A stretch of 63,666 nucleotides of DNA, the filler included, from Collodictyon triciliatum (taxonomy: Eukaryota): NCBI GenBank assembly GCA_043381765.1. It is 8 parts of 8 records of this genome, joined end to end, with 100 filler letters (N's around TTAATTAATTAA, not from the genome) between each part and the next. Parts side by side here need not be neighbours in the genome. Positions count along the whole stretch, not along the records: positions 20,875 to 31,225 come from JBHJMP010002713.1; positions 31,326 to 41,663 come from JBHJMP010002714.1; positions 41,764 to 52,104 come from JBHJMP010002715.1; 5 more parts are not named here. One strand, 5' to 3'. Both the position numbers and the translations under genes were made by a program. How positions within the stretch are numbered: position 1 is the first letter of the stretch; each line of letters opens with the position of its first letter. Below the pieces are notes generated by a model. That model was not told the origin of the DNA, searched no databases, and was given only the letters and a program-made list of their open reading frames with translations. Shown here one piece after another: positions 27,079 through 43,868 of this stretch.

Positions 27079-27613
27079 AAACCTCTCCCTGGGTTGTTGG
27101 AGCTGAGGCGGACCATGTTGTGGGAGGTCATCGAGCTAAGATCGCTCTGGGCAGACAGGTTTGCAGGCGTGCCTGTAGAGCGTTTATTGTGAGTATGCTC
27201 GACGAGAGCCGTTTGCTTCGGCGAGAAGGCCTTGGGATGGAGGTTTGCCGAGAGTCTATGCAGCCCTGCGTCCGAGAAACACAAGATCTGTCGTGGGATC
27301 CGGCGGGGTGGCTGAGAAAAGGGAAACGATCAAAAACGGGCACATCAATCAAGGTGGCAGTCAGGCACAAACAAAGCGGGAGTGGATTGGGTGCTTGTGG
27401 AAAGGCCAGGGGTTAGGGCAGAGGCAGGTCGAGTAAGCACTACACAAAGGAGCTTGTTTATGGGCATTTCTCCGCGAAACGAGGAAAGATAAGAAGGACA
27501 AGAAGGACAAGAAGGACAAGAAGGACGAGAAGGGCAGCGGCAGGACAAGAAGGACAAGAAGGACAAGAAGGGCAGCGGCAGGGAGGGGCGGGGGATTGGG
27601 AAGTACAGGGCCG

Positions 27614-29220
27614 TCAGTCGAAGGGGCGGTGTTTGCAGATGGGGCAGATGGCCTGCAGCAGAAGCCACTGGTCGATGCATTGCATGTGGAACTGGTGCAG
27701 ACAGGGCAGCGTGCGGACGGACTCTCCTCGGCGAAGCGGCTCGATGCAGACCACACACCCTTTGCTCGCGTCTGTGGTTTCCACCTGCTGATGCGACGGG
27801 AGCGACTCGACTTGCGTGCGGCTGGCCCCTCGGTGCGCCCCCATGACGTTGTCGCCATCCAGCGCGAGCAGAGCCTCATAGTCTGCGCATCCCACGGAAA
27901 TACCGTCCCCACATGTTAAAAAAATGCACGAAGGGTGGCTGTGGGTTAGAATACTGCCTCTCTCTCTCTTTCCCACACAGTCGCTCCAAGTATAGGTGCA
28001 CCAAAAAGCATGGTGCTGGCGGGCACAATCTGGGCGAAACAATCTTACCTCGCTCGTTGAAGTCTCTGTCCATTAGAGCTAGGCGCAGATTCACGGGGTT
28101 CATGTTGCGGGCAATCAGGAGCTGCTGTGTGTTTGTAAAAGCGGCTCCCGCGAGGTGCGACTGTCTCTGGTGGCGGAGCTGGTGCATCTCTCGGTATCCC
28201 CGGTAGACGGTGAGGAGCAGGGCAGCCAGTATTAGAAACCAGATAGCATAAGACACAAATACGGAGTCACTATACATCATCCCCATCGTCAAAACAAATG
28301 CTATCAGGTATGGAATGATGCATGTCTGTGCTGATAGGCGGGGTATCGGTGGCAGTTCCTATCAGAGCATATGACCATAAAGATTTGTGTGAGCTATATA
28401 GGTTGAGCCTGAAGAATGAGGAAACGTCTCATAGCATCCCAAAAAGTCTTACCATCAGTCTGTTGGATAAGAAAATAACCCTAGTCGTATGATGTTCCTC
28501 TTTCTTTTTCTTTTTCTTTTTCTTTTTATTCTTTTTATTCTTTTTATTCTTTTTATTCTTTTTATTCTTTTTATTCTTTTTATTCTTTTTATTCTTTTTA
28601 TTCTTTTTATTCTTTTNNNNNNNNNNNNNNNNNNNNNNNNNNNNNNNNNNNNNNNNNNNNNNNNNNNNNNNNNNNNNNNNNNNNNNNNNNNNNNNNNNNN
28701 NNNNNNNNNNNNNNNNNNNNNNNNNNNNNNNNNNNNNNNNNNNNNNNNNNNNNNNNNNNNNNNNNNNNNNNNNNNNNNNNNNNNNNNNNNNNNNNNNNNN
28801 NNNNNNNNNNNNNNNNNNNNNNNNNNNNNNNNNNNNNNNNNNNNNNNNNNNNNNNNNNNNNNNNNNNNNNNNNNNNNNNNNNNNNNNNNNNNNNNNNNNN
28901 NNNNNNNNNNNNNNNNNNNNNNNNNNNNNNNNNNNNNNNNNNNNNNNNNNNNNNNNNNNNNNNNNNNNNNNNNNNNNNNNNNNNNNNNNNNNNNNNNNNN
29001 NNNNNNNNNNNNATTCTTTTTATTCTTTTTATTCTTTTTATTCTTTTTATTCTTTTTATTCTTTTTATTCTTTTTATTCTTTTTATTCTTTTTATTCTTT
29101 TTATTCTTTTTGAGAATCTCCACCCGACAGCACCACCCGATCGGCTGGGTGACATACCTCGTCTGAGAGAACCCCATTTTCCAAATCCCTACGGGGGCGG
29201 TGACCACCACGAACTTGCAT
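27614..29220 (-). CDS. SDIR1-like transmembrane RING-H2 E3 ubiquitin ligase
   Basis: First exon MQVRGGHRPRRDLENG, two TM segments, LRLALMDRDFNERDYEALLALD (intron 27883-28048), and RING-H2 CVVC..LPCLHQFH..CIDQWL..CPIC. Spans an N gap. Confidence 0.85.
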
Positions 29221-30110
29221 CCAGCAGTCGCTCAGGCCTGTGTTCGCGTTTATGCTGTGAGAGTCATGTCCCTCCCTCCCCTCTAACTCCCCCGAAAAGA
29301 TGCTCCGCCGTGTGCTGAGTTGTGCATTTCCAGCCTCCAGATCTGCCTCTCGCTGTCGATCAATAGTAATCAGAGGTGCGCGCTGTGTCTCATTCCCTGG
29401 TGTAACTTGATCAAGTAAGTAAATTATTGATATTTGTCAATATTTCTCCTGGTGGATGATCTGAGCAGTTAATTGATGTTTGTCTCCGTATATATCATAT
29501 TTTCCACAAGTGATATTCATATTTGGAATCCGTTATGCACCACAGCCCCTTGCCCACGATTCAAATCACCAAGGCGATGGGCTCCGACAACCAGATTTCA
29601 AGCCAAGCAGCTGGAAACTCTGCGCCCTGTCGGGAGACATGATCGCTAGGCATCAAGAGCTCAGCTCCCTTTTTGAATGTTGGCCTTCCTCCGTATGTTT
29701 TCGTCTCACCGAGCAACTCTGCGTCATCCATAGCATCCAGCCAGCAAAGCAAGGCCCAAGGCAAGTCACCTTACCAGCAGAAAAGATTCGAGTGAGTCGG
29801 CCTCTGCCCTCCTCATACCCAAACAGCAGCGCATTTACAATATAGAAAGGAGCTTTGAAACATAAAATATTCGCGTATGTTTTTCCACGAGACATGTTTA
29901 GATAATGACTTATCGACTTGTTAATGTTATTTGTTACATAGTTGCTCATTTTCGTCTGATCTTATCTGTTTCTGTCTTTCTCGTAGCACATACGGTAGTT
30001 TTTATTTATTTATTTTCTTCTTTTTCCTTTCGATACGTTTACACTCCCTGCTCAATCTACAGCAAAACATCAATAGTATATTGCAAAATCACAATTTTTT
30101 TTTGTTACAG

Positions 30111-31105
30111 ATGGACGGTAGAATTCGGTGGATCGCACAGCGTCTAATCGACTTCCTGCACGTTCCGTCCTCCCTGGTTGAAAAGTACCTTTCTGAGGAA
30201 AGAACACAATTTACGGTAATTCCAGTCCTAATGATATGACAAGGCATGCCCTTTTATAATTACAAGAAGACTAACCAATAGCATGGATACTTTCTACTGA
30301 AGTGCATTGTCTAAAGACAGCTAAATATATTTCTTTGAAGGTCAACGAATTCTTCACATCGGATGGGCCTCCGAAGTTAATATTCTTTTACCAAAACTAT
30401 GACCCAGACGAATATTCAGACGAGGCAGACGCACATACAGAACCTACATTGTTTCTAACCACCGGAGACACAGAAAGACTTCTTTCACGAGCTCTCTATT
30501 TTCTACGAGTGACACAAAAAGCGGTGGATGTTTCATCAATCGATTCTGACATCGTCACAGGTACAGTTACTCACTCTGGGATGGAAAGCCTCGAGTCTAG
30601 TCTTTGCACTTTATTCTTGCCCGTCTTGAAGGCTCAAGATGACTGGGGCTTAAACCCCGATGAGAATACGAAGGAGTTCCTGTACAACCTCCAGAAGTTT
30701 TCGGAAGTTTTGTCAGACAGTGTCGGATCTTTGCGTTCGGGGGTTGACCTGGCAAAGCCCGAACGTAAATACGAAGTTGAAAACAAGCAACCTGCTTTTA
30801 ACCGAGCTGCTACTGATCCAGAATATCTTGCACACTACGAATATGTTCTAGAAGAATGGTGTAGACAGGTCGAAAAGTTGATTCAGGAAAGTGATGGTGG
30901 GAGGAAGGAGGGTGATGAATCAGGTCCCAACACCGAGCTAGAGTATTGGAAAAACAGATTGTCAAAGTTGAACAGTATTACCGAGCAGCTGAAAACAAAA
31001 GAATGCAAAATAGTCTTGGGCGTTTGCATGGCCGCAAAAAGCAAACTTCTCAGGAAGTGGAAATCACTCGACAATCAAATCACAGACGTAGCTAACGAGG
31101 CCAAA
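30111..31105 (+). CDS. Axonemal outer-arm dynein heavy chain (DNAH5/8-like), N-terminal fragment
   Basis: DHC_N1 motifs GPNTELEYWKNRLSKLNSITEQLK and WKSLDNQITDVANEAK. Truncated by the scaffold end. Confidence 0.9.
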
Positions 31106-31325
31106 GTACCACCACCGAGAAAAAGAATAGAATATAATAGAATATAATAGAATATAATAGAATATAATAGAATATAATAGAATATAATAGAATATAATAG
31201 AATATAATAGAATATAATAGAATATNNNNNNNNNNNNNNNNNNNNNNNNNNNNNNNNNNNNNNNNNNNNTTAATTAATTAANNNNNNNNNNNNNNNNNNN
31301 NNNNNNNNNNNNNNNNNNNNNNNNN

Positions 31326-31389
<64 letters not shown>

Positions 31390-31510
31390 AAAAAAAAAAA
31401 CGAAAAAAAAAAAACGAAACTAAACAAATCAATGGTTTGTCAGTAAGTTGAGCAGATGTAGCAAAAACATATTTGATTGATCATTGAACATATTTATATT
31501 CACACGAAAG

Positions 31511-33395
31511 TGGCAGTACGCTCCGATGCCAAGAATACATGAACTCTGTCTCCGTTATAAGCCTTTAAGTAATCAACCATACTTAGGTGGCGGGCCGGTG
31601 GAGCTAATCGGAAACTACTACGTGGGCCGGTTCCTCGGGAAAGGGGCCTTTGGTGAGGTCCGAATAGCACATCACCGAATCAGCGGAGAAGAGTTTGCCG
31701 TGAAGTTTATCAGGAAGGATGGAATCAAGGATTTTCAGAATGCAGAACGAATGTCAGCTGAAATAATGGCTTTGACAGTTCTGAAGCATCCCAATGTCTT
31801 GCACATGTACGAAGTTTTTGACACGATGGACTCAACTTGTTATGTGATGGAGTATGTCCCTGGAGGAGATCTTTTGAATTATATCGTGCAGTATGGAACT
31901 CTGTCAGAGTATGACATGTTCAAGTATTTTCAGCAAATCATTTCTGCTGTCGAATACTGCCACGGTCAAAATATCATTCACCGAGATCTGAAGCTGGAAA
32001 ACATCCTCCTTGACAAAGATCAGAAGAACATCAAGATTGCTGATTTTGGGCTTTGTGGTGTGCTATTACCTGACCCCACTGACGACCAGGGCGGTACAAG
32101 AGCATATTCAGCCCCAGAGCTTTTCAAGGGGAAGACAGGCATAACACCTGCGCTCGACATATGGTCCATCGGTGTTATTGTATATGCCTTGCTTTTTGGA
32201 AAGCTCCCCTTCAACGCCGATAATGGCCCTGTTCTGGTAGATAATATTATCGCAGGCAAGTATACAATACCAGCAGGGTCTATCTCTCCCTCATTACAGG
32301 ACTTGATATCCAAATTACTCACAGTCAACATTAAGAAAAGAGCTTCGATTATCGATATCCATTGTCATTCTTGGATGCAGCAAATGAGGCGCCGTGTTCT
32401 GATGGAAAAGGCAGATTCAAACAAACACCCCGGCGAGTACGATGAGTTTCATTTGGATCACACAGCGCATGAAATGGGAGATGGAACATCATCCCCACCA
32501 CCAGAGGGGTCCAGTAATGCCGGGGTTTCTGGACAAGCGGGTGAGAGAAGAGGGACCATCACCAGCGGACGTGGAGCCACAAGGAGTGATACCCGTGGGA
32601 CCTTGCCTGAAATTGCCACTAAGGGAGGCCGTCGCGTCAGCAAGCCATCCACAGGAGCCATAGCAGTTTCCCCACGACCGCCTGCAATGCCATCACCAAA
32701 TACTGGCTCGTCTGCATTCCGAAAGAAACCAGGTACCTTGGAATCCAGCACGACGATTTACGATTTGCCATTTTGCAGAGCCCCTTTCCCCTCTTTCCTC
32801 TCTGTTTATTTACTAGCCCAAGCATACCATATTATTTCACCCGTGAATTTTGGAAGACAAACTTTATCTACAACATATTTTTTTTTATCACCTGTTCACG
32901 AAGGGGTAAACCCGCTATTTTATGAGCACACCATCGAAGAACTAAAAACAAGACAATAGAGAAGGAAAAGTCACACCAAGCCTAATAATCACTAAACACG
33001 ATTCAGTGGCCTCATCCGATTATGCTGGACCTGCGTACTCTATCAAGCCTAGGATACCCTCGGAGAGTGCACCAGCACCACCCTCGGCCTCGGCTGAGAA
33101 ATACCCAAAAACAGCGCGTAAACGTGCGCCAGATGTACCTCCTCTATCCTTCCCTCATTCTTCAGCCTCAGGCCCGAATGGATCGCATCTCCCCGAAATC
33201 GCAAATGCATCCAGCTCCAATCTCCCTTCTGTTGGACACAACAGCACCGGCGGCTCGGCTCCTCCCTCGGGCCGTCTGGGTAGAATCTCTGATGACAGCG
33301 ATAGTACACCCGGCAGGAAGGCGACCGACTGGAAGGCTGGGTACAAGGGATATATTCAAAACTATCGCAGATCGAACAATACCACATCATCGTAG
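31511..33395 (+). CDS. CAMK-group (AMPK/MARK-like) Ser/Thr kinase, possibly 5'-partial
   Basis: LGKGAFGEV, FAVK, HRDLKLENILL, DFG, APE and DIWSIG motifs. Intron 32733-33006 joins a disordered tail. Confidence 0.92.
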
Positions 33396-34043
33396 TTTTT
33401 TTTTTTGTTGATGTTTTCTGCAAACAAAGCCAGCTGCAACCAGGTGAATGACGGCGTGGCTATCCGTCGCCTGATGCTGCTGTTGCCTTGTTGGCTTCGA
33501 CGCTCGGGTTTTGATCCTGTGCTCCAAACCTTACGAGTTTGAAATCAATGTCTTCTTCAAATTACATTCAAATAGCAAAGTTGTTGATGGTTACTACCCT
33601 GGATAATATCCAGCTTATGTACGATATAGTGTCCGTGGACTATTCTTTCCCTTCTTTCTCTTTTTTTTTCTATTGTGTGTCAGGCAAACGGGCTCCGCTA
33701 GCAACTGAATAAAGCTGACGAAAAACACCCCAATTATTTCGGCGCTGTGCCTATTCGGGAAACCACATTCGGAGTCTTGGAACATTTTTTCTATTTTTCC
33801 AGAAATGCACATATAACAGAAACGATTCGATAACATCAAATATAGACATGCAGCGAATAATTTACAGCGCATTTGCCGAAAGAACCGATCGGAAAACCAA
33901 AGCCATGCGCGATCACACCCGCACCCAACCCGACAAACACCGCAGGAACGAAGCGAAGAGCCCGGGGCTGAGAATTATAGAAGCTGAGAGTCATGGGAAA
34001 GCCAGCCTGAAACCCTTTGTGCTGCAGGTCCACAGGAAGCATT

Positions 34044-35302
34044 ATGTCTGGAAAGAACCCACGCACAGCCGAGGTTGCCTCGTCCAAGATGGAGAAGATC
34101 GTGAGTTTCTCTTTCTCTTTGAATATCACTTTACTTTTATTTTAGGTAGTGCATAGTTTGGTCTGTATAAAGTTGTCCCATGTGCCTTGGCGCTCCCTCA
34201 AATGTTGCTGTATGTCTCGTTTGGGGCCAAACTTCTATCAGTCTAGGTATTGGAGCTGGGCTGTATGCAAATGCTCTAATGTATCTATTTTACACACCAA
34301 AACTAAAGAACTCAGAACTGCTTACTTTCACATACGGCGCCATTGTGACGCAGCTCATCAAAGACTATGAAGATGTCGAAGAGGTGAATAAGCAGCTTGA
34401 AAGAATGTACGTATTTTAAACCTGCCATGCACGCTGCCAATTTTCTATCTCACAATAGCATTTTGAAATCGACCCGGTCAAAGGTCAAGTTGATTTACTG
34501 CAACAATATGTCTTATATATCATTCTTTCATCCCTTTCGTAGGGGTTACAATATAGGTCTTCGCCTTGTTGATGAACTGATAGCGAAGGCTAACATCGGC
34601 CGCTGTGCTGATTTTCGTGAGACTGCAGATATCATCTCAAAGGTCCTAATAATGAACATATCACGCTGACAAAGAGATACTGAACAGCATAATTGATATG
34701 ATTTTCTAAAGAGTAACATTTTGAAAAATGTTACACTCATCAAGCCATGATGTATCTGGATTATATTATATATTTGTAAAAGGAAATAATCGAATCAGTA
34801 TGGTTGATAGCTGTGGTTGTCCATAGGTTGGCTTCAAAATGTTCCTCGGCATTACACCACAAATCACAAGCTGGAATCAAGATATGAGCGAGTTTAGTCT
34901 GATAATCGATGACAATCCACTTGTGGACTTTGTAGAGTTGCCTGAACAATTCAAAAGTCTGAGCTACTCAAATATCATCTGTGGGGTTATCCGTGGTGCA
35001 ATGGAGATGGTAAATTTTAATAATGATGATAATTTTGTTGTTAATCGCTTTTAACATTGAATTTCTACATGTTGTGCCTTTTTTTTTTTTTGTTTTTGTT
35101 TATCTTTTTACAGAGAAATCTATATTTGAAACCCGTCGTAGTATGATTCAGATGAACAAAAAAAATCGGTGAATTACAGGTCCAGATGAAAGTTGAGTGC
35201 AGGTTTATCAAAGATAGCCTCCGTGGTGATGATGTCACTGAATTGCGCATCACCCTAAAGGAAATGATGAACGAGGAGGTTCCTGCTGGCTATGGAGAAT
35301 AA
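34044..35302 (+). CDS. BET3: TRAPP complex subunit BET3/TRAPPC3
   Basis: Five exons: [76 protein letters not shown]; stop TAA. Confidence 0.96.
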
Positions 35303-36085
35303 ACAAGCACAAGTAATTCATAGTGTTTTCTCTTCATTAATTCAACTAAGTCTATACCTCATTTCTTCGCATCCATAAGGTGAAGCGTAAAGGAATTCTC
35401 AAAAATAAATAGTTCCTGTCGGACTGCTTCTGTGCGTTAGCAGCGCAGAAATTTCTAAAATTATTTGGGTGGTATCCATGGTTTACTAATTGGCGAATAA
35501 TTTTTTTTCCAACATTTTGATATATAGATATATAGAGAACATGAGCGCATTAATATTAGTAGAATAGATAGCGACCATGAGCACGACGAATCCGACAACA
35601 AAACAGAATGATTCAATTCCAGGATTTACCAGAATTGAAAATGAAGAGGGTGTGCATTCCCACGGGGAAAGAGGTCTGGGGGCGAATTATATGGGAGACG
35701 AAGTACGCTTGTTCCACAAGGCTCAGTTCCGTCCATCGATAAATGACGTTCTTATGGGCTTCCCGAATCCCAACCCAACCAAAAACCACCACCACAAACA
35801 GAAAAGAAAAAAACCAACAGAAACCCGCGACAACCCAAACCGCAGCGAAAACATAAAAATATAGTATATTATATACCGCACTATAATCATCATATTTTGA
35901 TCTTTACCCACAGCAACAAGTTTTCTTCGCTGGTGACAAATAAATAAATAAAAAAAAACCCGAAACCCGCCCGAGCGATCGATCTTTCATTGTCCCGTCG
36001 CGGCGCTGGGCGATTGTCGAGCCAGTGAACTTATCCAGAGGCAACGTTCAGGTCGTCAGTCAAGAAGGCAGTGTCTTGGCACCAA

Positions 36086-41549
<5,464 letters not shown>

Positions 41550-41763
41550 GTTAACCCCAGCGGTAGCTTCTTCTTCTTCTTCTTCTTCTTCTTCTTCTTC
41601 TTCTTCTTCTTCTTCTTCTTCTTCTTCTTCTTCTTCTTCTTCTTCTTCTTCTTCTTCTTCTTCNNNNNNNNNNNNNNNNNNNNNNNNNNNNNNNNNNNNN
41701 NNNNNNNTTAATTAATTAANNNNNNNNNNNNNNNNNNNNNNNNNNNNNNNNNNNNNNNNNNNN

Positions 41764-43206
41764 GAATATTACGGAAGCTGTTAAAAAGGCAGAGTTACGA
41801 AAGTTAAAAAAAAGATATCTTCAAGAAACTCGAAATACCGGAACAATATAAAGAATGGACTACAACGCATTTGCATCGTATCATTCCCAGCGATATTGTA
41901 AATGGTATCAAATATATCGTCAAAGTCAATCCAAATAAGTGCATATCATGTCTGATTTACATGTATCGCATTTTTGGGTCATCGGAACCAAACTGTTTCA
42001 AACAATCTCTGTAAGAACTAACAATATACCATATCATATTACTCTAGATACTGCATGTTTGATAGTTCTATTAGGAATATCTGAAAAAAACATCACTAAT
42101 GAAGAATATATACCAGGATGCATAGAGACACTATGGGATGGTTTCTTTGAAATGAAGAAGAGGGTCTTTCGTCAAAGAGACTACAATTTTAAATACACGA
42201 TACAAGCAGACAGCTTGGCGGTGTCATCATTGTTTGGAAAGAAAGGGATTTCAAATTTCAAATTCCAAATATAATGAAAAAAAACCAAGAACATGTTTAT
42301 ATATATGAGCTTTCCGAAGAGCAGTTATCTTTTTAGCGACAAAAAATAGTTGGAGTGGACGCAGGCAAGTTTAATTTGGTTTAGATGGTGGATGAGACAG
42401 GTAAGAAATTATGTTACATGGCGCACCAAAGACGTGATAGCAAATCTCTTAAAAATCACAAACTATTCTTGTGCGAGAAATAAAGTAAAGTACAATGCTT
42501 CAGGGGTATGCATGACAACAGGTTTACAAAGTGCTGTTTCTTTTGGTCCCCTGACTTTTGAGGAGAATCAGCTGTTTGGGACATCGAGAGTATCTCTAAT
42601 CGTTTTAGACACAGAACTGAGTAAACATAATTCATGCATGGTCGATTATGAAAAAATTCGAAAATATGTATCTATGAAATCAAGATTCCAGATAGAATTA
42701 TCCAGATTTTATGAACAAGTAACTTTTCGAAAGATGAGATGGAGACAGTATGTAAATACAAAAAGAAGTGAAGAGTTGTTTATGGACCGAATGGAAAAGA
42801 CATTTGGCGAGGATGCTGTACTGGTCTATGGAGACTGGAGCAGAAATTGTCAGATGAAGCATTTTATGGCAACAATCGGAAGAGGATTACGAAAAATACT
42901 ATCCAAACGCGTTGAGATATTTAGTGTGAATGAATTTAGAACCTCCAAGGTGTGCTGTATCTGCGAAAAAGATCTGGAATATATGACACTGAAAGGAAAT
43001 ACAAAAAAATGTATAGATGTCTCATGTGTAAAGAATGCAATTGCTCAGAAAGCAAACAAACTGTATTCTTGACAAGGGACTTTATCAGCGCTAAAAATCT
43101 ACACAACAAAGTTCTTTCAATCCTTCAAAATATGCATACACCTTCCTCTAAAAAACAGGCTGTCGGGTCTCTACTGGCAGCCTTCATCACTACACGATCT
43201 TTGTGA
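41764..43206 (+). pseudogene. Decayed Fanzor (Fanzor1-like, TnpB-related RNA-guided RuvC nuclease), 5' truncated by scaffold edge
   Basis: Across frames: KLFQ..VRTNNIPYHITLDT, TIQADSLAVSSLF, RuvC-I KIVGVDAG (D 42358-60), FYEQVTFRKMRW, YGDWS, RuvC-II VNEFRTSKVCCIC (E 42932-34), second Cys pair CKEC, RuvC-III TRDFISAKN (D 43078-80). In-frame stops at 42334, 42382 and 42481; frameshifts near 41812, 41975, 42270 and 43005. Confidence 0.9.
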
Positions 43207-43267
43207 ACTAAGTGGTGAGACCTTGGAGACTAGCGCACCAGGTTTACCAATCTTTCGTTTGGTATAC
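43157..43267 (+). ncRNA. Candidate Fanzor omegaRNA scaffold
   Basis: Overlaps and follows the Fanzor 3' end. Stems at 43157-66/43174-83, 43185-91/43211-17 (inner 43193-97/43201-05) and 43245-50/43259-64. Loop 43167-73 is complementary to 43224-30. Confidence 0.55.
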
Positions 43268-43868
43268 TCCTTCCGATGTATTGTATAAAACTTGAGAAAA
43301 ACGCAAAGCAGTTATAATCACATATTCGTATACTGTGAATAGACGACAGAATACAACACCGTCTGATTTGCAACAACACGATACCGATGCAAGCCCAGCA
43401 ACAAGATTTAGATTCTGTTTTACTAATGAGTTTGCCCTGTTTACTTTCACAAACTGGTGGTGCTGCATAATATTTCAATTTCAAAATAAATTCCACATGT
43501 GGTTGTATTTCGATCACGTTCTCATCACCAGCTTCCATTGAACTATCACAAATCGCTTGCGGCTTTCTTTTCGACCAACGGCGGAGGGGTGGAAAAAAAA
43601 AAAAGAGAAGCATAAGGAAGGGGACGCTGTTTTAACATATTGCTTTTTTTTTTTTCCCCCCTTTGTGTGCGTTCTTTTTGAGTTGGACAAAATTTTAGAG
43701 GAATCCATCAGCAATTTAGTCGCCCTGCCCTTCTAATGCTGTTGCTTTGTCCTTTTTTATTTTTATTTTTTTTATTCTATATTTGTCATTTATCTTTTTT
43801 TCTTTCCCCTCTTTGATTTTCTATGTTGCGTCAAAATACTGAAAAGTATCAACACCAGTACACACAGG

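Noticed and set aside
42334-42483. In-frame TAG/TAA in the Fanzor as evidence of stop-codon reassignment
   Set aside because: BET3, the kinase and PP2C end in TAA or TAG, and conserved exons have no in-frame stops. The same element also has frameshifts, so this is decay.
43211-43234. Hairpin followed by CTAG as a Helitron 3' terminus
   Set aside because: The base after CTAG is C rather than the usual T, and no RepHel or 5' end is visible. Left unresolved.
43230-43613. 127-aa minus-strand ORF between the Fanzor and TRRAP
   Set aside because: Non-ATG start within a poly-T tract and no recognisable motifs; it cannot be supported as a gene.
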